A stretch of DNA of 64,000 nucleotides, from positions 32,001-96,000 of IMG/VR virus record IMGVR_UViG_2927464213_000002. One strand, written 5' to 3'. Positions within the stretch are counted from its first letter, which is position 1, and every line of letters begins with the position of its first letter. This DNA comes from a virus (taxonomy: Duplodnaviria > Caudoviricetes). The notes beneath the pieces are model-generated. The model worked only from the letters and a program-made list of their open reading frames with translations, ran no database searches and was not told the DNA's origin. The position numbers and the translations under genes are program-made. This document shows positions 28,490 through 36,312 of the stretch, one piece after another.

Positions 28490-28670
28490 CCCACGTCACC
28501 CCAATAGACGAACCATTCACCTGGTCGGTGCTCGTCGTTGTCCCGGCGTCGGGTAAGCTGGGTCAATTGGGACGAACCTGTGGTTTCTGACACTCGGTGC
28601 GGGGTGGAGCGCTTCGCGCTCAGTCCATACCGTAACAGGGCGGCTGGCTGGCCTTACCGGGATTTGTAAG

Positions 28671-28794
28671 GGACCACCGGCATCTGGTGCCGCGGCATCT
28701 CGTGCCGGTACCACCGGCATCTCGTGCCGGTACCACCGGCATCTGGTGCCGGTACCACCGGAATCTCCTGCCGGTACCACCGGCACCAGGTGCC
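28671..28794. repeat. 22-bp iteron-like tandem array
   Basis: GGTACCACCGG at 28707, 28729, 28751, 28773 plus a degenerate copy at 28671. Confidence 0.9.
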
Positions 28795-28914
28795 TACTAA
28801 CCTATCAAGAAACAACACTGAACCAACATTGAACCCAAAGAGGGCTGGCTGGCCTGTCGTTTGCATTAATTGGAGCGTCATGATAGCGAAAAGCAAACGA
28901 CACCATAGGCGGAG

Positions 28915-29448
28915 ATGATCGAAGTGGACCAGGCCGAGAAGAAGCGCAAGCGCAGAGAGCCGTTTGCGACGGTCTGGGACGAGTACATCGGAAGAGCCCG
29001 CCAAGGCGCCGAGAGCAGGGGACTGAAGTTCGAAATCGATGCCCGCTACATCGAGCAGCTGTTTGCTGAACAAAACGACCGGTGCCGCATCAGCGGCCTC
29101 CCGCTGACGGCCGACCGGAAGGTTATGCACCCGACCGCGTCGCTCGACCGCATCGAAAGCCACCGAGGCTACGAGAAGGGCAACGTGCAGTGGATCCACA
29201 AGGTCGTGAACATCATGAAGAGCGACCATGACGAGGAATACTTCATCGCGATGTGCTCGCAGATCGCGGCGCACCGCGGAAACCCTGACGGACTGACGTC
29301 AAGGGAGCGAGCCGCGCTCGCCGGCCAGGCTCAGTGCTCGAAGCCCGCGAAGCGCACTTCCGGCACCCACAATTTCAAGACAGCGCCGAAGCCTGTCCGG
29401 CCGCCGGCCCCGGATCAGTTCGCCTCGGCGGGAGGGATGCTGTTCTGA
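28915..29448 (+). CDS. HNH-like phage endonuclease
   Basis: QNDRCRISGLPL..ASLDRIESHRGYEKGNVQWIHKVVNIMK. Confidence 0.8.
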   Translation: MIEVDQAEKKRKRREPFATVWDEYIGRARQGAESRGLKFEIDARYIEQLFAEQNDRCRISGLPLTADRKVMHPTASLDRIESHRGYEKGNVQWIHKVVNIMKSDHDEEYFIAMCSQIAAHRGNPDGLTSRERAALAGQAQCSKPAKRTSGTHNFKTAPKPVRPPAPDQFASAGGMLF

Positions 29449-29477
29449 GTGGCATTTCTGCACCACTTGGACCCTCG

Positions 29478-29554
29478 TTTGCATTCTTTTGATCGACCCT
29501 TGACGGAAACTGCATATGGGGGTATCTACTGCGCTACGTTAGCATTCGTGCAAA
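29478..29554 (+). promoter_or_regulatory. Sigma70-like promoter flanked by operator sites
   Basis: TTGACG-N17-TATCTA; half site at 29478, full site TTAGCATTCGTGCAAA at 29539. Confidence 0.6.
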
Positions 29555-29625
29555 CGGCCATCATCAAGCCCCCAACCCAGCCAGCCGGTTCCCGCCGGAC
29601 TGGCCGGCGCGGGCAGAGGAACCCA

Positions 29626-29754
29626 ATGACCCTCACGGACCTGCAATTCGTGGCGGCACTCGGCGTGCTCACCATGAAATTGCTCGTCCTGACCTTCGGG
29701 GCGCTCGCCATCACCTCGATGGCGTTTGTGATCACCGCCGTCTGCAAACGCTGA
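29626..29754 (+). CDS. Small membrane protein
   Basis: GAGGA RBS; hydrophobic 42 aa. Confidence 0.5.
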   Translation: MTLTDLQFVAALGVLTMKLLVLTFGALAITSMAFVITAVCKR

Positions 29755-29817
29755 CACCAAGTTACCCAGAGCCCGGTCTCGCCCACGGCAGACCGGGGCA
29801 CCCTTTCCGGAGCGACC

Positions 29818-30111
29818 ATGCCTCGCAGACGCCGACGCCAGGAAGAAGATCTCGTTCATGCCGCCGTCGAGGCGTTGGAGGATGAGATCCGATGCTGGCA
29901 GCAGCGGGAGAGGCCGTATTCCGGCGACATGGTCACGCTGACGCGCTGGCCGCTCAGCCGCATTGCTGGACCAATCGGTCCTGCCGAGGTCGACGCTCAG
30001 GCGATGCAGACCATCGAGCACATCGATCTTCAGAAAAACGAGGTTCCGTTCTTCCTCCGCTATCGCGGCATGGAGGCGGCGATCAAGAAGATCCGCGAGC
30101 TGGAAGCATGA
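29818..30111 (+). CDS. Hypothetical protein
   Basis: GGAG RBS; coupled to next gene. Confidence 0.6.
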   Translation: MPRRRRRQEEDLVHAAVEALEDEIRCWQQRERPYSGDMVTLTRWPLSRIAGPIGPAEVDAQAMQTIEHIDLQKNEVPFFLRYRGMEAAIKKIRELEA

Positions 30112-30356
30112 AGCAGCTCGGTGACATCCTGCTGGGCCTCGGGCTCGGCCTCACGATCGCGGCCCTGATCGCCAACAACTGGCGGCGGTCGAAGCCTCGC
30201 GTCCATGGCTGGAGCGAAGCCGACGCCGAGCTGCTGACGATGCCGGCGCACGAGCGCCTGGCCCGGCAGCTCGCCGTCCGGGCAGGCGCCCCCGAGTTCA
30301 TGTGGCGGCGGTACACGCCGCTCGCCGTTTCGATCATCCTGAGGAAGCCGTCATGA
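30108..30356 (+). CDS. Membrane-anchored hypothetical protein
   Basis: N-terminal TM; ATGA coupling. Confidence 0.55.
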   Translation: MKQLGDILLGLGLGLTIAALIANNWRRSKPRVHGWSEADAELLTMPAHERLARQLAVRAGAPEFMWRRYTPLAVSIILRKPS

Positions 30357-30487
30357 GCCGTCGTCGCCAGCTGCAGATCATCCGCGATCAGATCCACGCC
30401 GAGATGCGGGACGGCCTGACGCAGACCATGCTGATCGCCTTCCTGGTGATCGCCGCGATCGACGTCATCGCCCGGAACATCCACTGA
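30353..30487 (+). CDS. Small membrane protein
   Basis: Coupled on both sides; C-terminal hydrophobic stretch. Confidence 0.5.
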   Translation: MSRRRQLQIIRDQIHAEMRDGLTQTMLIAFLVIAAIDVIARNIH

Positions 30488-30822
30488 TGGCGCGGACTGG
30501 CAATTACCAGATCCCGTTCGACGAGGCCGGTAACCAGCTCCATTACCCGGAGGTCTGGACCTTCGTGAACGGCAAGCGCGGCGACGTCGTCTGGCGCGAC
30601 AACGTGCCGTTCCAGGCCAAGCTGACCTACACCGGCTTCAACCGCGGCCGGTCGGCGGCCTACCTCGACTTCACCGACGAGAACGGCAAGTCGGTCACCT
30701 TCTTCATGAAGGACTTCGACAAGCTCGTCCCGCACCTGAGCGGGGGCGCCGTCACCGGCACATTCATCTTCGTCAAGCGCGGCCAGAACTACGGCTGCCA
30801 GCTGATCGAGCCCGTCGCGTGA
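30487..30822 (+). CDS. Hypothetical protein
   Basis: 111 aa, strong codon bias. Confidence 0.7.
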   Translation: MARTGNYQIPFDEAGNQLHYPEVWTFVNGKRGDVVWRDNVPFQAKLTYTGFNRGRSAAYLDFTDENGKSVTFFMKDFDKLVPHLSGGAVTGTFIFVKRGQNYGCQLIEPVA

Positions 30823-31014
30823 GCGTCGGCCAGGGCAAGGCGCTTCGCGCTCACCAGCACAAGATGAACCGCAAGCAGGACATCTCCGATCGCCGCGGTC
30901 GCGAGTTGCAGGAGCGCGTCGAGCAGCGCCGCAAGGCGAGGCAGCTCCGCAAACCAGTTTCCAAGAGCCCGTGATCTGCTCCGAGCAGCACGGGTCCACC
31001 CTTCAGAGAGAACC

Positions 31015-31194
31015 ATGCCCGCCAAGAAGACCGCCGAGAAGTCCGCAGCCGTCATCACGGTCAAGGACGCGCCCGAGATGACCAAGCGCGGCCGGCGCCA
31101 GGTCGCCGAGTGGATGCGCAAGCAGGCCGACTTCCTGGAGTTCGAGGGCAAGGCGTTCTCGAAGCGCTTCACCGCGCGCTACCTCTATCGCTGA
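31015..31194 (+). CDS. Small basic hypothetical protein
   Basis: Own translation MPAKKTAEKS...FTARYLYR. Confidence 0.6.
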   Translation: MPAKKTAEKSAAVITVKDAPEMTKRGRRQVAEWMRKQADFLEFEGKAFSKRFTARYLYR

Positions 31195-31379
31195 TGGCCA
31201 GCGATACCTGCGATGCCTGCGGCAAAACGGAAGAAGGCGTCGCCTGGTTCGCAGCAGCCTTTCGAAAGGTACGGCTTAAAAAAGATAAGCCTGATCCCGG
31301 AAACCTCTGCGGAGGATGCGCCGGCTCCATCACCGGAAAAGAAATCGGTGCCGAAGTCTCCGGCCGAGCCAAGGCCTGA
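31194..31379 (+). CDS. Zinc-finger-like small protein
   Basis: TGATG coupling; CDAC...CGGC. Confidence 0.5.
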   Translation: MASDTCDACGKTEEGVAWFAAAFRKVRLKKDKPDPGNLCGGCAGSITGKEIGAEVSGRAKA

Positions 31380-31602
31380 TCCGATCTCGACCAGCCCGTT
31401 CGCGTTGCAAGCCTACGAGCTGATCAAGGTTCTGGATCCGCTCGTCGGTGTGGCCGAGGCGACCTTCTTCATGAACCGCAGCAACGAAATGCTCGGCGGC
31501 ATCACCCCGGTGACCGCGATCAAGCAAGGCCGGCTCGACGACGTCAAGCGCGCCGTGCGCGCGGTCGCAGCAGAGAAGGGCGTCTTCCAGACGCCGTTGT
31601 GA
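31348..31602 (+). CDS. Xre/MbcA/ParS antitoxin C-terminal-domain-like protein (start uncertain, 31213 possible)
   Basis: EATFFMNRSNEMLGGITPVTAIKQGRLDDVKRAV. Confidence 0.65.
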   Translation: MPKSPAEPRPDPISTSPFALQAYELIKVLDPLVGVAEATFFMNRSNEMLGGITPVTAIKQGRLDDVKRAVRAVAAEKGVFQTPL

Positions 31603-31719
31603 TGAAGACCAAAACCCGGAAGCCGGCGAAGCGGTATCGACCGCTCGCTTGCGGCTGCTGCGACAGCATCGACTGTCGCGAAACCATCAACCATCAAATC
31701 GAGTGGCGCGAGGCACAAG

Positions 31720-31986
31720 ATGAGCTTGCAGACGATCACCCCGTGGTGCGCCGTAGTTGCGGCGAGCGAGACGATCGCTAGGCAGTACATGGACGCCTTC
31801 AAGCTCTCGTCCGAGATCTGGGATGCGCGCCAGCACGACACGGCGCTCGGCGCCCAGTACGAGCACATCGTGCTGATCCGGCCGCACTGGCGCATGGCGC
31901 CCGCCGAGGTCGCCCACTTCGAAAGGAACGTCCTGCCGATGTGGCTGACCCGCCTGTCGCCGAACGGCAAACTGAAAGTCATCTGA
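31720..31986 (+). CDS. Hypothetical protein
   Basis: GAGG RBS; 88 aa. Confidence 0.55.
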   Translation: MSLQTITPWCAVVAASETIARQYMDAFKLSSEIWDARQHDTALGAQYEHIVLIRPHWRMAPAEVAHFERNVLPMWLTRLSPNGKLKVI

Positions 31987-31993
31987 GGACATC

Positions 31994-32533
31994 ATGGACG
32001 CCGCCGAAGTCACCGACCACAAGCCAGTTTCGATCTGGAACAAACTCAACCCGCTATGGTGGCTCGTCGGCGATGACGGCTGGAACGTGCCGGACGTCAA
32101 CAACGGCGCGCCGTACCTGCCGGAGGTGACCAACATCTGGCTGCGGCGCTTCTACTGGTTCATCTGCCGCAACCCGCTGATGAACTTCGTCGGCTACGTG
32201 CTCGGCGTCGAGGACAAGAACTACTGGGTCTACGGCTCGGACCAGGTGCTGCGCACCACCGGCCGCGACTGCACCCCGCAGGCCTTCGGCTTCCGCTGGG
32301 CGGTGCTCGACCCGGGCGTCTCGTTCGGCGCCATCGCGGTCACGCTGATCGCCGCCGCGCTCGCATGGTTCATCCATCCGGCGTTCGCCGTGGTCCTCCC
32401 AATCTCGCTGTTCAAGGCGGCCGGTCTCTTGCCGTTCGTCAACTACTGGAACGGCTCTCTCGAGTTTTACCTGGGCTGGCGGCCGGCAAGCGGCGGCTTC
32501 GGCACCAAGATCATTTTCACGGAAAGCACATGA
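31994..32533 (+). CDS. Trp-rich membrane protein
   Basis: NPLWW..WFICRNPLMNF..TM segment..YLGWRP. Confidence 0.7.
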   Translation: MDAAEVTDHKPVSIWNKLNPLWWLVGDDGWNVPDVNNGAPYLPEVTNIWLRRFYWFICRNPLMNFVGYVLGVEDKNYWVYGSDQVLRTTGRDCTPQAFGFRWAVLDPGVSFGAIAVTLIAAALAWFIHPAFAVVLPISLFKAAGLLPFVNYWNGSLEFYLGWRPASGGFGTKIIFTEST

Positions 32534-32685
32534 TCATCGAAGCCATCATCCTCGGCGTCGCTCTCTACGCCGGCCTCTCCTCGATCGGCGACGCCATCGA
32601 CAATGTCGCGGTCGGCATCGAGCAGGCCTCGCTCAACCAGATGGCGTTCTTCCAGGACGACGAAGACGACGAGGAGGGCAAGTGA
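32530..32685 (+). CDS. Small membrane protein with acidic tail
   Basis: ATGA coupling. Confidence 0.5.
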   Translation: MIIEAIILGVALYAGLSSIGDAIDNVAVGIEQASLNQMAFFQDDEDDEEGK

Positions 32686-32779
32686 TGCCGTTCCCGCTGT
32701 CCATCTTCCTGTTCAGCTACGTGATCTGGCAGGCCTCGATCGAGCGCGCCTTCACGTTCAACCCGGTCGAGCTGCGCCC

Positions 32780-32986
32780 GTGACGATCACCCTCAATTCC
32801 TGGGCCATCCCGGTCTTCTTGACCGCGCTGCTCTGGCTCGCCGTCCAGCTCTGGCCGGTCTCCGAGAACAACGGCGGCTTCGGCTTCAGCCAGGCCTTCG
32901 ACTATCTGCTCCACGCCGTTGTCGGCATCATCGCCACGCTGGTGATCTGGCTCGTTTATTTCGCCACGCGCTTCGCCATCGGCTGA
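32780..32986 (+). CDS. Two-TM small membrane protein
   Basis: Two hydrophobic segments. Confidence 0.55.
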   Translation: MTITLNSWAIPVFLTALLWLAVQLWPVSENNGGFGFSQAFDYLLHAVVGIIATLVIWLVYFATRFAIG

Positions 32987-33012
32987 GCCGGCGCGCACCA
33001 AAAGCCACGCCA

Positions 33013-33519
33013 ATGAAACTGCTGCAACTCGCCCTCGCGGGCGTGCTGATGCTGTGCGCCCTGGCGCCAGCGTCAGCGAGGGACGTGCCGGTCCAGGTCG
33101 AGTCGGGCCGCAACGTCACGTTCATCACGGACGATCCCGGCGGGCTCATCGTGGACTTCGTCAAGAAGTACTCCGACATGCGCGACGCCAGGACGAAGGT
33201 CGTCCTGACCGGCGAGTGCGTCTCGGCCTGCACCTTGATGCTGAGCATCCTGCGGCCCGAGCTGGTGTGCGCGATGCCGGAGGCTGCCCTCGGCTTCCAT
33301 TCAGCATCGACCATCACGAAGGAGCCGGGCAAGCCAGACGTCATCGAGCACGCTCCGGAGATCTCGCTGCTGGTCTTCAACAGCTATCCGGCCAAGGTAC
33401 GTTCGTTCCTCGAAGCGCGCGGCTGGCGCGGTGCCAATGCACACCCGGACATCATCTGGGTGAGGGGAAAGAACCTCCGGAAGATGATCCGGCCTTGCAC
33501 CGAGGCAGACATGTCATGA
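33013..33519 (+). CDS. Exported ClpP/crotonase-fold-like protein
   Basis: Signal peptide; DDPGG, GECVSACTL, LGFH motifs. Confidence 0.7.
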   Translation: MKLLQLALAGVLMLCALAPASARDVPVQVESGRNVTFITDDPGGLIVDFVKKYSDMRDARTKVVLTGECVSACTLMLSILRPELVCAMPEAALGFHSASTITKEPGKPDVIEHAPEISLLVFNSYPAKVRSFLEARGWRGANAHPDIIWVRGKNLRKMIRPCTEADMS

Positions 33520-33869
33520 AGCGCCGCCGCCCGCTCGACCGCCGCAAGCTGCCGTCGATCATCAAGATCGGCATCTTCGAGTATCGGCTGCTCCACTGGA
33601 ATCCGTTGGAGGCCGACGCAGAAGGCTGCAAGGGGATGTGCAACATCTTCGAGTTCTGGATCAAGGTCCGCGAGGATCTGCCGGACTCAGGCTTCGCCGA
33701 GACGCTCGAACACGAGATCAACCACGCCTGCTGGGAAGCCGCAAAGCTGAAGAGCCGTGCGGCCGAAGAGACGGTCATCAACCGACTGACCCCGGTGATG
33801 ATCATGGCCCGGCGCGACAACCCGCAAATCTACGCCTGGATCGACCAGGCCATCGCCCAGAAAGAATAG
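33516..33869 (+). CDS. HExxH metallopeptidase-like protein
   Basis: ETLEHEINHAC...EETVI. Confidence 0.65.
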   Translation: MKRRRPLDRRKLPSIIKIGIFEYRLLHWNPLEADAEGCKGMCNIFEFWIKVREDLPDSGFAETLEHEINHACWEAAKLKSRAAEETVINRLTPVMIMARRDNPQIYAWIDQAIAQKE

Positions 33870-33871
33870 CC

Positions 33872-34135
33872 ATGCTCAACGCCATGGTCGCGTCGTCGAA
33901 GACGCACGCCGCAGCCATGATCCGTTGGCTCGGTCTCAAGCCTGAAGAGTGGGAGCCGATCGCCTACGGCGATCCGATCCATAAGATGTTCGCCAACGTG
34001 CGCCTGGTGCGCCCGAGCGAAGGCGTCGACCAGGCTCACACCGACTGGGTGCTGGAGAAGCTCGTTCCGTACATCTGTCTGACCTGCACGACGGTGCCGC
34101 TGAACTGGCGCATTCCGCAGGAACACGTCTCCTGA
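33872..34135 (+). CDS. Hypothetical protein
   Basis: 87-aa ORF in operon. Confidence 0.55.
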   Translation: MLNAMVASSKTHAAAMIRWLGLKPEEWEPIAYGDPIHKMFANVRLVRPSEGVDQAHTDWVLEKLVPYICLTCTTVPLNWRIPQEHVS

Positions 34136-34143
34136 AAGAGAAC

Positions 34144-34242
34144 ATGAAGAAGAAGCACATCAGGAAGGTATCCAAGAACACCAAGCTGACCGAGTTGCGG
34201 CTGGAGCGTAAGCGCCGACGCAAGCGCAAGGCAGCTGGCTAA
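34144..34242 (+). CDS. 32-aa Lys/Arg-rich peptide
   Basis: MKKKHIRKVSKNTKLTELRLERKRRRKRKAAG. Confidence 0.45.
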   Translation: MKKKHIRKVSKNTKLTELRLERKRRRKRKAAG

Positions 34243-34249
34243 CGAACAA

Positions 34250-35080
34250 CCATCCCCGGAGCACAGAACAGGGAGCAGGGTCAATGAGCCCTGACCGACT
34301 GCTCAGCCCGGCCTGCGGCGGGGGTTTCTCCTCCTTTACCCCGCCGCGCCCGATGACAAATCAGCTCAGCTGCAAAACATCGGGCACCTGACATTCTCTT
34401 TACGTTCTCTTGCGGAAAAAAGTTGCCCGTTTTTGGAAAGACTTTTCCGGGCATGAGACGTTCCACGAACAGGTGGCGTACCGCACCGGCAACGGTGTCG
34501 GCTCTAACGGGTAAGCCAGTAGCCCGTAGTCCTCGTAATTCTTCAAAGCGGCCCCTGAGGGGAACGGCTGATCCCCGTCAACGCGATGCAGTTGAGGCAC
34601 AGGCTCGTCGACTTCTGGATTGGACGCGCCCCACCTGTTTGGCTCGTGATGACACGCGGCGGCGTTATACGCACAGCCTATCGGCGAAGAGGTCCATGGT
34701 AAGTCGCCGACGACCGTTTGAGGCCAGCGTGATGCAGGTCGAGGTCGAAAGGATCCGAGTCGTCGTCCTGTGGGATGACGACGGTCACGAGCCAACTATT
34801 ATACCCCCAAGAGCGGTGACGCGACATGCGTCCAGCGCAGGAACTGCGCGATGGCGATGGTGCCCCACGAGCCCTGTAATCCGACACGAGGTGCGCCGCT
34901 CTTGTTTATCTTTCCCCCACGGTGGGCTCACCAGTTCTGCTCGCAGTAGCCTGGACCCCGTAAGCCGAACTGCAGGCCGTGATAGGTCGATCGCGCGATC
35001 GACCTTTTGGTTGCTGGTAACCTCCAACCCCGCAAGGGGCGGTGGCCCGAAGTGCGGGTCGAACAAAGCCAGAGCTTTTC
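34250..35080 (+). ncRNA. Array of helix-closed structured RNA domains (5' part)
   Basis: No credible ORF; closing helices 34468-76/34631-39, 34640-49/34785-94, 34808-18/34894-904; many internal hairpins, GCAA tetraloops. Confidence 0.65.
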
Positions 35081-35135
35081 CTCGGTGCTAGCCGTCGAGG
35101 GCTCGCGTAGACCGCAAGCCCTCGACCAAGATCTC

Positions 35136-35261
35136 TTACTTGCCGCCACCACCGGGGTCATGCCCGCCGCCAGCGATGGCCGGCTGCGAGTGGATGATGA
35201 CGCCGGCCGTCCCGCCAATCACGGCGAGCATCAGTGCAACGGCCACCAGGATCTTGCGCAT
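35136..35261 (-). CDS. 41-aa secreted peptide precursor
   Basis: MRKILVAVALMLAVIGGTAGVIIHSQPAIA-GGGHDPGGGGK; GAGGT RBS; 10-bp hairpin downstream (35094-35126). Confidence 0.65.
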   Translation of the reverse strand: MRKILVAVALMLAVIGGTAGVIIHSQPAIAGGGHDPGGGGK

Positions 35262-35375
35262 ATAGCACCTCTCAGGTTGACGCTCTTATTAGTTCTGGTT
35301 CCACCAGCGGAAGTTCAAGAGAGGGGCGGTTCATTACAAACTTTTCATGGGTATCGGGCAACCGAGAGTATTCTT

Positions 35376-35807
35376 ATGTTCAAGCACGGTCATTCCCGCG
35401 ACAGCGGCGAGTCTCCGACATACCGGTCTTGGGTCGCAATGATCCAGCGCTGCTATGATCCGGCCAGCACGTCCTATGAGAGCTATGGCCAGCGCGGCAT
35501 CACTGTGTGTGATCGCTGGCGCGGACATGATGGCTTCGAAAACTTTCTAGCGGATGTTGGCGAGCGCCCGTCGTTGAAGCATTCGATCGACAGGATCGAC
35601 AACGAAGGCCACTACGAGCTTTCGAACTGCAAGTGGTCAACGGTGAAGGAGCAAAACCGGAACCGCCGATCAACTCGCTGGGTAGACTTCCGCGGGCGAA
35701 CAATGTCGCTCGCCGAGGCGATCGAACTGTCTGGCCTTCCGGAGGCCAGAGTGAAGCGACGTCTCTACGTTTACAAGTGGCCTCTTGAAGACGCGCTTGC
35801 TGCTTAA
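35376..35807 (+). CDS. HNH homing-endonuclease-like protein
   Basis: TYRSWVAMIQRC..YGQRGITVCDRW..FLADVGERP..SIDRIDNEGHYELSNCKW..QNRNRR. Confidence 0.85.
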   Translation: MFKHGHSRDSGESPTYRSWVAMIQRCYDPASTSYESYGQRGITVCDRWRGHDGFENFLADVGERPSLKHSIDRIDNEGHYELSNCKWSTVKEQNRNRRSTRWVDFRGRTMSLAEAIELSGLPEARVKRRLYVYKWPLEDALAA

Positions 35808-35811
35808 TTTC

Positions 35812-36306
35812 TCGGTGCCAGCCGACACGTCAAATGAAATGACATAGGGGTGGCTGGTTAAATGGGGCCATGTGCCAAGCCGAGTGCTCGCTGTTGCGAG
35901 CGCAGCCCGCCACCGTCTGTTGTGGCGGGCACCTATTGAGCCCCAGGATCGTTGCTCACGATAAACGCCAGCACTGACCATGCGCGCGTGTGACGCTCCC
36001 CTGGGCCACCCGGATCACAGCTGGTCTCGTGATCTCGCGGGAGGGTGGGCGCTGTCGAGGAGCAGCAGGCAAGGCCTGGCGAAGGTCATCCTCTCTAATT
36101 CGGTCGAGGGCGGAACGGCCTCCCGCCACGCCGCTGATCCTGAGAAGCACGTAGGGAAGGCGGCAAAGTACGAGCAATCGGAAGAGATGCGGGCACATGG
36201 GCAACCCGCCGACCGAACCAAAAGCCGCAAGGCGCACGCCATCCCCAAGATAGGCGTCCCGACGACTGGGCAATCCGTCGCGTGAAGAAATCGGGTAGGG
36301 GCTCCA
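35812..36306 (+). ncRNA. Large structured RNA (120-nt plus ~370-nt domains), possibly ROOL-like
   Basis: GGTGCC/GGCACC and GAGCCCC(35938)/GGGGCTC(36298) closing helices; dense hairpins; directly upstream of a tRNA. Confidence 0.6.
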
Positions 36307-36312
36307 TTCTGC

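Noticed and set aside
28671-28794. CRISPR array
   Set aside because: The units are contiguous 22-bp tandem repeats with no unique spacers, and there are no cas genes
35007-35375. N-terminal extension of the HNH ORF given by the track
   Set aside because: It overlaps the antisense peptide gene and RNA hairpins; the HNH family sequence starts at MFKHGH (35376)
35095-35810. Group I intron housing the HNH
   Set aside because: No interrupted ORF and no recognisable P7 core elements; direct repeats and a divergent second gene fit a free-standing cassette better
35938-36306. tmRNA or RNase P RNA (similar size, ends GGGGCTCCA)
   Set aside because: No T-arm before the 3' end, no GGGGC 5' acceptor or ANDN tag frame, and no GAGGAAAGTCC RNase P signature
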